DNA of 20,462 nt from Candidatus Methanomethylophilaceae archaeon (GTDB lineage: Archaea > Thermoplasmatota > Thermoplasmata > Methanomassiliicoccales > Methanomethylophilaceae), in contig CALUHR010000011.1 in the NCBI GenBank assembly GCA_944320495.1, positions 1-20,462 of the forward strand, written 5' to 3'. Position 1 is the first letter of the stretch. Each line of letters starts with the position of its first letter. The translations under genes and the position numbers were made by a program. The notes under the pieces are model-generated. The model saw only the letters and a list, made by a program, of their open reading frames with translations, did not search any database and was not told the DNA's origin. Of the stretch, positions 1 through 6,796 are shown piece after piece.

Positions 1-66
1 TCTTGATTCCAGCCGACTTCGCGGCAGGCGTGAAAACCGCGTAAACGAGGGAAGTATATAAGACTT

Positions 67-204
67 CCGACGCCCCACCGGTCTTCACCGTGATCTGTGT
101 CTCAATCGGGGCCTCAAGGGACCCGACTGTGCGTATTCATCGCGCTTGGAGCACGACGCCCGGGTCTTTCCCGAGTCCCACACGATGTTTCACATCGCAT
201 CGGC
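67..204 (-). ncRNA. Candidate structured non-coding RNA or long 5' leader (~138 nt)
   Basis: No plausible CDS. A closing stem (203-197 with 73-67) encloses five hairpins whose non-Watson-Crick pairs are G.U on the minus strand. A TATA element at 227-233 predicts a start near 204. Family not recognised. Confidence 0.35.
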
Positions 205-226
205 TTTCCTCCCCATCATGCCCTAG

Positions 227-240
227 TATATATGCATTTC
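227..240 (-). promoter_or_regulatory. Putative BRE/TATA promoter (minus strand GAAATGC-ATATATA)
   Basis: AT-rich TATA element with a purine-rich BRE-like 5' flank, just downstream of the DUF61 stop, pointing into the structured region. Confidence 0.45.
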
Positions 241-245
241 TATCG

Positions 246-632
246 TCATAGGGAGAACACGACGATGTAGCAGTCCGGTATCAGCCTTTTCAGCTCTCCG
301 AGGTCCGGATAGTACAGTCTGAGGTACCCTTCGCGGTGGATTTTCTTGCCGAGAAGCTTGGCGACGACCGCCGCCTCGACGCGACCCTCCACCTTCCAGG
401 CGCTCGTCTCGCCGGAGGTATCCGTCGATACGTATATCGGGAGACGCAGAGCGACCCTCTCCGGATCGTCGCACGCATCCCATATCCTCCTGACCTGCTC
501 CTCGGAGACCTCGATCTCCGAACCGTCCCTCATCTTGTATGTGCGCTCCCCGTCCATCATCTCGGTGATCGGACGCTTGGAGGCGGCGAGGTTCGTGTTC
601 AGCTCCCTCATGATCGAGGCCATGAAATCCAT
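246..632 (-). CDS. DUF61 (UPF0216) family protein
   Basis: About 128 aa with the family pattern RELN..L...KRPITEMM...RDGS...LRLPI...LYYPDL..L. The ORF is open from 647, but a TTTTA element at 659-655 sits ~24 nt above ATG 632, which favours a leaderless start at 632. Ends TGA. Confidence 0.75.
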   Translation of the reverse strand: MDFMASIMRELNTNLAASKRPITEMMDGERTYKMRDGSEIEVSEEQVRRIWDACDDPERVALRLPIYVSTDTSGETSAWKVEGRVEAAVVAKLLGKKIHREGYLRLYYPDLGELKRLIPDCYIVVFSL

Positions 633-715
633 GCGCCCAATATTCATAGTATAGTAAAAGAAGGAGTCGCCCGCATCATGGGGTTAACGCCGTTATCAGG
701 ATGGGCGCTCGGGAT

Positions 716-728
716 GAACACTATATAT
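716..728 (+). promoter_or_regulatory. Putative nifB promoter (GAACAC-TATATAT)
   Basis: TATATAT at 722-728, 26 nt upstream of ATG 754, consistent with a leaderless archaeal transcript. Confidence 0.55.
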
Positions 729-753
729 CGGGACCCCAGGATTCGAAGCGCGC

Positions 754-2007
754 ATGTCCATGGATCCCAAGCTGGAGGAGGTAATCAGAACCCACCCTTG
801 CTACTGCGAGGACGCCCACAGGAGCTTCGCCAGGATGCACCTCCCGGTGGCTCCGAGATGCAACATCCAATGCAACTTCTGCAACAGGAGGTTCGACTGC
901 TGCAACGAGTCGCGCCCCGGCGTAACCAGCGAGGTCCTCACCCCCGAGGCCGCTGCCGATAAGGTGGCCTATGTGAAGGAGAGGATCCCGAACCTCAGCG
1001 TCATAGGGATCGCTGGGCCGGGCGACCCTCTTGCCAACGAGGAGACGTTCCGCTCCATCGAACTGGTGCGCAAGAGGTTCCCAGACCTCACCCTCTGCAT
1101 ATCCACCAACGGGCTCGCCCTCCCCGACTGCGCCGATAGACTCTATGATCTCGGCGTCAGGTTCGTCACCGTCACGGTAAACGCTCTCACCCCGGAGACC
1201 GGCGCCGAGGTCTACGACTCCGTCGTCTTCGGCGGGAGGAGGCTGAGGGGCGTGGAGGGCGCATCCGTGCTCCTCTCCCGCCAGCTCGAGGGCATAGAGA
1301 GGTGCGCCTCGCTTGGCATGGCCGTAAAGGTGAACGTCGTGATGATCCCCGGAATCAACGACGGCGAGATACCGGACCTCGTCAAGAAGGTCAAATCCCT
1401 CGGAGCGTACATGGCCAACATACTCCCGCTGATCCCCGTCGAGGGGACCAGGTTCGCGGACCGCAGGGCCCCCACCCCGCAGGAGAGGAGGGAGATGATG
1501 GACCGCTGCGAGCTCGACGCCAGGATGATGCGCCACTGCCGCCAGTGCAGGGCCGATGCCATAGGCCTCCTCGGAGAGGACAGGTCCCCGGAGTTCGTCC
1601 ACATAGGCGGGTGCGGCTCCGGTTGCGGACCGCAGGGGGACGCCGTCGGCTGCGACGAGTCCGTCGTAGCCGTCGCCACCTCGGACGGCCGCACGGTCGG
1701 GGGGTTCGGCAACTCCACATCGTTCAGGGTCTACGCCACGGACGGCGGGACCTGCAGGTTCCTGAGAGAGGTCCCGGTCGACCTCACTCTACCTGTGTCG
1801 GGCGGCAGCCACCGCGACCACATCGAGAGGATCGCATCGTCCCTCGCCGGGTGCGGGACAGTCGTCGTCAGCGAGATCGGGGAGATGCCGTCCAGGGTGC
1901 TAGCCTCCAGGGGAGTCCGCGTCGTGAGGGCCTCCGGCGACGTCGACAGGGCCGTCCGCGACGCCCTCCGACGTCCCGACGAATGTATTATTAGTGACTC
2001 CGCATAG
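754..2007 (+). CDS. nifB: NifB radical-SAM Fe-S cluster biosynthesis protein with C-terminal NifX-like domain
   Basis: All NifB signature motifs present: HPC, CNIQCNFC (CX3CX2C), ESRPG, AGPGDPLAN, TVTVN, CRQCRADAIG. C-terminal domain VAVATSDG...F..Y...C.TVVVSEIG...L...G. Standard-code stop is TAG 2005-2007; an in-frame CGA at 1969-1971 may be the real end. Confidence 0.93.
   Translation: MSMDPKLEEVIRTHPCYCEDAHRSFARMHLPVAPRCNIQCNFCNRRFDCCNESRPGVTSEVLTPEAAADKVAYVKERIPNLSVIGIAGPGDPLANEETFRSIELVRKRFPDLTLCISTNGLALPDCADRLYDLGVRFVTVTVNALTPETGAEVYDSVVFGGRRLRGVEGASVLLSRQLEGIERCASLGMAVKVNVVMIPGINDGEIPDLVKKVKSLGAYMANILPLIPVEGTRFADRRAPTPQERREMMDRCELDARMMRHCRQCRADAIGLLGEDRSPEFVHIGGCGSGCGPQGDAVGCDESVVAVATSDGRTVGGFGNSTSFRVYATDGGTCRFLREVPVDLTLPVSGGSHRDHIERIASSLAGCGTVVVSEIGEMPSRVLASRGVRVVRASGDVDRAVRDALRRPDECIISDSA
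1980..1993 (+). promoter_or_regulatory. Putative alaS promoter (CGAATG-TATTATTA) inside the standard-code tail of nifB
   Basis: AT-rich TATA-like element ~40 nt upstream of alaS ATG 2032; GGTG Shine-Dalgarno-like site at 2022-2025. Confidence 0.45.
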
Positions 2008-2031
2008 CGGGCGCCATAACTGGTGTGCATC

Positions 2032-3810
2032 ATGGACGCTCAGCAGATGAGAGAGACCTACATCGACTTCTTCAAGGCGCGCGGACACACTCAGATCCAC
2101 TCCGCGCCCCTCATTCCGGAGAACGACCCCACCGTTCTCTTCACGACCGCGGGAATGCACCCGCTGGTGCCCTACCTCCTCGGGGAGAAGCACCCCGCCG
2201 GACGCAGACTCACGGACTTCCAGAAATGCGTGAGGACCGGTGACATCGACGAGGTCGGCGACGCCAGCCACCTCACGTTCTTCGAGATGCTCGGCAACTG
2301 GTCCCTCGGGGACTACTTCAAGAAGGAGTCCGTGGGATGGAGCTACGAGCTCCTCACCGAGGTGCTCCACATCGACCCGAACCACCTCGCCGTCACCTGC
2401 TTCAGGGGCGAGGACGGCATCCCCAGGGACGACGAGACCGCCGACCTCTGGAGGAGCCACGGCCTGAGGGACGACCAGATCTTCTTCTACGGAAGGGAGG
2501 ACAACTGGTGGGGACCCGCCGGCCAGACCGGACCCTGCGGACCCGACACCGAGATCTTCTACGACGACGGCAGGCCCAAATGCGGACCCGACTGCGGACC
2601 GTCATGCCACTGCGGCAAGTACACCGAGATCTGGAACAACGTCTTCATGGAGTACAACAAGCAGGCCGACGGGTCGTTCAAGCCCCTGGCCCAGAAGAAC
2701 GTCGACACCGGCATGGGCCTGGAGAGGATCCTCCGCGTCCTGAACGGCGTGGAGACCGTCTACGACACCCCCCTGTTCACCGGCATCATCGGCAGGATCG
2801 AGGAGATCTCCGGGAAGAGGTACAAGGAGGACCCCGAGGACGTCAAATCCTTCAGGGTCGTCGCCGACCATCTGAGGGCCGCCACCTTCATGCTCGGCGA
2901 CGGCGTCGTCCCGGCCAAGGTCGGACAGGGATACATCCTCAGGAGGCTCATCAGGAGGGCCAGCAGGTACCTCTCCAAGCTCGGGGTGGACGAGGTCTGC
3001 ATGCGCTCCATCGCCGAGGTCGTCGTCTCCGAGTACTCCGCGGCATACCCCGAGCTCGAGAGGAACAAGGAGACCATCTACTCCGCCCTCACCGCCGAGG
3101 AGGAGAAGTTCCACAAGACCCTGACCAAGGGCCTGCGCAGGTTCAACGAGATGATCGCCGAGGCAGGCGACTCCGAGACCCTCGACGGCGCCGCGGTGTT
3201 CCGCCTCTACGACACCTTCGGATTCCCCATCGAGCTGACCCAGGAGCTCGCCGCGGAGCAGGGCAGGAAGGTCGACGTCGCCGACTTCGAGAACCGCTTC
3301 AAGGCCCACCAGGAGAACTCCAGGATGGGCGCCGACCAGCAGTTCAAGGGAGGCCTCGCGGACCACGCGGTCGAGACCACCAAGCTCCACACCGCCACCC
3401 ACCTGCTCAACGCCGCCCTGAGGAAGATAGTGGACCCGTCCATCCAGCAGAGGGGGTCCAACATCACCGCCGAGAGGCTCAGATTCGACTTCAACCTCGA
3501 CAGGAAGGTCACCCCCGAGGAGCTCAAGGAGATCGAGAAGTACGTCAACGACGCCATCAAGGCCGCCATACCGGTCGTCTGCGAGGAGATGACCTACGAG
3601 CAGGCCAAGGAGCGTGGCGCCATCGGCGTGTTCACCGACAAGTACGGCGAGATGGTCAAGGTCTACACCATCGGCGACGTCTCCTGCGAGATCTGCGGCG
3701 GACCCCACGTGTCCAACACCTCCGAGCTCCAGGGCTTCAAGATCAAGAAGGAGGAGAGCTCCGCCGCCGGCATCCGCAGGATCAAGGCGGTCGTCGGCAA
3801 GTTCGACTGA
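2032..3810 (+). CDS. alaS: Alanine--tRNA ligase, short bacterial-type form (592 aa, no C-Ala domain)
   Basis: Motifs FTTAGMHPL, FQKCVRTGDI, TFFEMLGNWSLGDYFKKE, VDTGMGLER, GYILRRLIRRA, LYDTFGFP. Editing motifs HTATH and CGGPH present. Start ATG 2032 follows a GGTG SD (the track's 2023 is a GTG). Confidence 0.97.
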   Translation: MDAQQMRETYIDFFKARGHTQIHSAPLIPENDPTVLFTTAGMHPLVPYLLGEKHPAGRRLTDFQKCVRTGDIDEVGDASHLTFFEMLGNWSLGDYFKKESVGWSYELLTEVLHIDPNHLAVTCFRGEDGIPRDDETADLWRSHGLRDDQIFFYGREDNWWGPAGQTGPCGPDTEIFYDDGRPKCGPDCGPSCHCGKYTEIWNNVFMEYNKQADGSFKPLAQKNVDTGMGLERILRVLNGVETVYDTPLFTGIIGRIEEISGKRYKEDPEDVKSFRVVADHLRAATFMLGDGVVPAKVGQGYILRRLIRRASRYLSKLGVDEVCMRSIAEVVVSEYSAAYPELERNKETIYSALTAEEEKFHKTLTKGLRRFNEMIAEAGDSETLDGAAVFRLYDTFGFPIELTQELAAEQGRKVDVADFENRFKAHQENSRMGADQQFKGGLADHAVETTKLHTATHLLNAALRKIVDPSIQQRGSNITAERLRFDFNLDRKVTPEELKEIEKYVNDAIKAAIPVVCEEMTYEQAKERGAIGVFTDKYGEMVKVYTIGDVSCEICGGPHVSNTSELQGFKIKKEESSAAGIRRIKAVVGKFD

Positions 3811-3822
3811 AAAACATTATAA
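3809..3822 (+). promoter_or_regulatory. BRE/TATA promoter of the kinase-STAS pair (GAAAAAC-ATTATAA)
   Basis: Good match to archaeal BRE plus TATA, 25 nt upstream of ATG 3847. Confidence 0.6.
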
Positions 3823-3846
3823 CGCAGAGGGTCTAAGCGTGGGACG

Positions 3847-4332
3847 ATGTGCGGCTCTGACGAAGGGATCGCAAGCCCGGACGTCCCCTCGAGGGAGGTC
3901 CTGGGGACCACCGACTCGCCCGACGTGCTCGAGGTGCTCATGGAGGCGGACCGCCCCCAGGAGATCCTCGAGACCCTCTGCCAGTTCGCAGACGGTCACA
4001 CCGAGGACGAGAAGGCCAGGTACGTCTTCCGCCTGATCTGCGACGAGTTCCTCGAGAACATCGCCTCCTACGCGTACACGTCGGGCAACGGCCCCGTATA
4101 CGCGGCGGCGGATGCGAGGGACGGTCTGCGCGTGATCCTGATGGACAAGGGCGTCCCCTTCAACCCTCTGACCGACGCGAAGGTACCGGACGTCAACCTC
4201 CCGCTCGAGGAGAGAGAGGTCGGCGGATGCGGCATCCTGATCTCCCGGAAGTTCGCCAAGAGACTGGAGTACCGCAGGATCGGCGACTGGAACGTCACGA
4301 TAGCCGTAATCATCGAGGGGAGCGAGGACTGA
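3847..4332 (+). CDS. RsbW/SpoIIAB-like anti-sigma-type Ser kinase (HATPase_c fold)
   Basis: N-box DEFLENIASYAY, G1 DKGVPFNP, G2 GGCGILI, C-terminal EYRR.GDWNV; directly upstream of a STAS gene. Confidence 0.88.
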   Translation: MCGSDEGIASPDVPSREVLGTTDSPDVLEVLMEADRPQEILETLCQFADGHTEDEKARYVFRLICDEFLENIASYAYTSGNGPVYAAADARDGLRVILMDKGVPFNPLTDAKVPDVNLPLEEREVGGCGILISRKFAKRLEYRRIGDWNVTIAVIIEGSED

Positions 4333-4336
4333 TACC

Positions 4337-4630
4337 ATGGATTTCGAGACCACCGTCGAAGGGACAACCGTCACTGTGAAGGCATCCGGCAAGCTCGACT
4401 CGATCGGCGCCCAGGAGTTCTCCCAGGCCACCGACGGCCTGTCGAAGGGCATGAAGAGCATCGTCCTCGACTTCGAGGACGTCTCCTACGTGTCCAGCGC
4501 GGGACTCAGATCCGTCCTCAAGCTCAAGATGGGCAGCAAGGGCGTCGACCTCCGCATCGTCAAGGCGGGAGGCATGACGGCCGAGATCTTCAGGACAGCC
4601 GGTTTCGGCAGCCTCCTGAAGGACGCCTGA
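4337..4630 (+). CDS. STAS-domain anti-sigma-factor antagonist (RsbV/SpoIIAA-like)
   Basis: 97 aa with GKLDS, IVLDFEDVSYVSSAGLR (phosphoacceptor Ser region) and IF..AGF; GAGG SD at 4324-4327. Confidence 0.92.
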   Translation: MDFETTVEGTTVTVKASGKLDSIGAQEFSQATDGLSKGMKSIVLDFEDVSYVSSAGLRSVLKLKMGSKGVDLRIVKAGGMTAEIFRTAGFGSLLKDA

Positions 4631-4640
4631 GACCGCTAAC

Positions 4641-4669
4641 GCCGTCCGTCCGATGTCCCGGCGGACGGC
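4641..4669. terminator. GC-rich hairpin between convergent STAS and tRNA-Ala transcripts
   Basis: GCCGTCCG (4641-4648) is the perfect inverse complement of CGGACGGC (4662-4669). Confidence 0.45.
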
Positions 4670-4699
4670 ATACGCTCTCTCTTAGGAAGTTCACAGAAG

Positions 4700-4773
4700 T
4701 GGACTGAGCGAGATTCGAACTCGCGGCCTCCTGCTTGCAAAGCAGGCGATCTAACCAACTGATCTATCAGCCC
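4700..4773 (-). tRNA. tRNA-Ala (anticodon UGC), intronless, CCA not fully encoded
   Basis: Minus strand GGGCTGATAGATCAGTTGGTTAGATCGCCTGCTTTGCAAGCAGGAGGCCGCGAGTTCGAATCTCGCTCAGTCCA folds into a cloverleaf: anticodon arm CCTGC-TT-TGC-AA-GCAGG, GTTCGAA T-loop, G3:U70 pair and A73. Confidence 0.98.
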
Positions 4774-4799
4774 GTTGAGATGCCCTATCGGCGACCCCG

Positions 4800-4806
4800 T
4801 TAAATA
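4800..4806 (-). promoter_or_regulatory. Putative tRNA-Ala TATA box (TATTTAA on minus strand)
   Basis: AT-rich element ~27 nt upstream of the mature tRNA 5' end. Confidence 0.55.
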
Positions 4807-4942
4807 TCTTGCCATGGACCTGACCCCGTCTCCGACTCCCGGGATCCCATGTGCTCCCGGTTTTCGATGAATTAAAATCCAATCCTGCCTTGCCTCTCTT
4901 TAGATGCGTGCATGCGCGCAGGCGCGCGCGAGGGGCAGAACG

Positions 4943-4948
4943 TATATA
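4943..4948 (+). promoter_or_regulatory. Putative aro operon TATA box
   Basis: GCAGAACG-TATATA, followed by a GGTGA SD at 4973-4977 and ATG 4983. Confidence 0.55.
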
Positions 4949-4982
4949 CTGCTCCGTGTTAGCACGTAGCACGGTGAACGAT

Positions 4983-5780
4983 ATGATGTTCGGAAAGAGC
5001 GTGAGGCTTGAGAGGATCGTAGACAGGAATACGGGGAACTGCGTCATCGTCCCCATGGACCACGGGATCTCCATCGGACCCGTCGCCGGCCTCGTCGACA
5101 TGAAGAAGACCGTGGACGACGTCGCGAACGGCGGGGCCACCGCGGTCCTGATGCACAAGGGCCTCATCAGATACAGCTACAGGAGCAGCGGTCACGACAT
5201 CGGTCTGATCATGCACCTCTCCGCCTCCACCGACCTGGGGGTGACCAGCAACAGCAAGGTCCTCGTCGCAACCGTCGAGGAGGCGATCAAAGCCGGTGCG
5301 GACGCAGTCTCCGTGCACCTCAACGTGGGCGCGGAGACCGAGGGCGAGATGCTGGCCGACATCGGCCGCATCGCCAAGGAGTGCAACGACTGGGGCATGC
5401 CCCTCCTCGTCATGGCCTACGCCCGCGGACCCAAGATCCAGAACTCCTACGACCCCGTGGCCGTCGCCCACGCCGCCCGTGTCGCCACCGAGCTCGGAGC
5501 GGACATCGTCAAGTGCAGCTACACCGGCGACCCCGACTCCTTCAGGGAGGTCGTCAAGGGGGCCCTCGCTCCCATCGTCATCGCAGGCGGACCCAAGATG
5601 AACTCCGACAGGGAGATCCTCCAGATGGTCTACGACTCCATCCAGGCCGGAGGCCACGGCGTGTCCATCGGCAGGAACGTGTTCCAGCACTCCAACGTCG
5701 AGGGTATGACCAGGGCCATCTCCGACATCGTCCTCCACGGATACGACGTCGAGGAGTCCATGAAGAAGAACCTGAGCTGA
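4983..5780 (+). CDS. aroA': 2-amino-3,7-dideoxy-D-threo-hept-6-ulosonate (ADH) synthase (class I aldolase, MJ0400 type)
   Basis: VPMDHG, GADIVK (Schiff-base Lys), AGGPK, GRNVFQ; adjacent to DHQ synthase II. Start at 4983 or 4986 after the SD; the track's 4851 start is an upstream extension. Confidence 0.9.
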   Translation: MMFGKSVRLERIVDRNTGNCVIVPMDHGISIGPVAGLVDMKKTVDDVANGGATAVLMHKGLIRYSYRSSGHDIGLIMHLSASTDLGVTSNSKVLVATVEEAIKAGADAVSVHLNVGAETEGEMLADIGRIAKECNDWGMPLLVMAYARGPKIQNSYDPVAVAHAARVATELGADIVKCSYTGDPDSFREVVKGALAPIVIAGGPKMNSDREILQMVYDSIQAGGHGVSIGRNVFQHSNVEGMTRAISDIVLHGYDVEESMKKNLS

Positions 5781-6796
5781 TGCCGATGGACAAGGAGATC
5801 TGGATCAGGGCGGACATACCCGACGACGCGGAGAAGCGCAAGCAGCTCGTCCTCTCCGCGCTCGAATCGGGGATAGACACGGCGATCGTCAGACCCGGGG
5901 ACGACTTCGGCTCCCTCGGGAAGGTCAGACTGTTCGAGAACGACGGCGGGAAGCTCACGGGCAACTACGAGCTCGTGGCCCTCAGGACCCCCGACGACCA
6001 GGACAGGGCCATGGCTATGGCCGGCAAGAGGGCGGGGGTGATCCTCGACTCCTCCGACTGGACGGTCATCCCCCTCGAGAACCTCATAGCCAGGTTCAGG
6101 GACTCCGGCACCAGGGTCTACGCCTGCGCCGCCGACAGGGAGCAGGCCAAGCTCTACATGCAGACCCTGGAGAAGGGCGTCGACGGGATCGTCATCACCA
6201 CCGAGGACCCCAACGCCGTCAGGGGGTTCGCCGACATCATCTCCAGCAGCGCCGACGTCGAGCTCGTGCCCCTGGAGGTCACCGAGGTCAGGAACATCGA
6301 GATGGGCGACCGCGTCTGCGTCGACACCGTCTCCATGATGGAGCCGGGCGAGGGGATGCTCATCGGGTCCTCCGCGTCGTGCATGTTCCTCGTCCAGTCC
6401 GAGAGCGAGGACAACGGGTACGTGGCCGCCAGACCGTTCCGCGTCAACGCCGGGGCGGTCCACGCGTACGTCATGGGACCCGAGGGCAGGACCAGGTACC
6501 TCGCCGAGCTCAGATCGGGCGAGCCCGTCGTCCTCGTGAAGAGGGACGGGTCCACCCGCATATCCTCCGTGGGAAGATGCAAGATCGAGCAGAGGCCGCT
6601 CATCCTCATGAAGGCCACCGACGGCACCTCCACGTACTCCACGATCCTGCAGAACGCCGAGACCGTCAGGCTCGTGACCCCCGAGGGGTCCGTGTCCGTC
6701 GCCGCCCTGAAGAAGGGTGACAGGGTGCTCGCCAGGCTGGAGTCCGGCGGACGCCACTTCGGCATGAAGATCGAAGAGACCATCAGGGAGATCTGA
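5780..6796 (+). CDS. aroB': 3-dehydroquinate synthase II (NAD-dependent, MJ1249 type)
   Basis: GDRVCVDT, RPFRVNAGAVHAY, STILQNAETVRL, GRHFGMKIEETI. TGATG coupling with the upstream gene at 5778-5782; alternative start 5786. Confidence 0.93.
   Translation: MPMDKEIWIRADIPDDAEKRKQLVLSALESGIDTAIVRPGDDFGSLGKVRLFENDGGKLTGNYELVALRTPDDQDRAMAMAGKRAGVILDSSDWTVIPLENLIARFRDSGTRVYACAADREQAKLYMQTLEKGVDGIVITTEDPNAVRGFADIISSSADVELVPLEVTEVRNIEMGDRVCVDTVSMMEPGEGMLIGSSASCMFLVQSESEDNGYVAARPFRVNAGAVHAYVMGPEGRTRYLAELRSGEPVVLVKRDGSTRISSVGRCKIEQRPLILMKATDGTSTYSTILQNAETVRLVTPEGSVSVAALKKGDRVLARLESGGRHFGMKIEETIREI

Noticed and set aside
204-211. GAGGAAAG on the minus strand resembles the RNase P RNA conserved region I (GAGGAAAGUCC)
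   Set aside because: It lacks the UCC, has no convincing CR V partner, the region is too short, and it lies upstream of the predicted start site.
61-225. Possible known riboswitch (FMN, cobalamin, c-di-GMP), SRP RNA, 5S rRNA or C/D-box sRNA
   Set aside because: Only fragmentary resemblances (GUGAAA, GGGAAAG, AUGAUGG); the core consensus elements are not present.
668-707. Imperfect inverted repeat (CGCCCGCATC...GATGGGCG) between DUF61 and nifB
   Set aside because: Bulged with a long loop; plausible by chance at this GC content.
3811-4720. Integrated element at the tRNA-Ala 3' end carrying the kinase/STAS pair
   Set aside because: No duplicated tRNA 3' segment (att site), integrase or transposase, and the codon style matches flanking genes.
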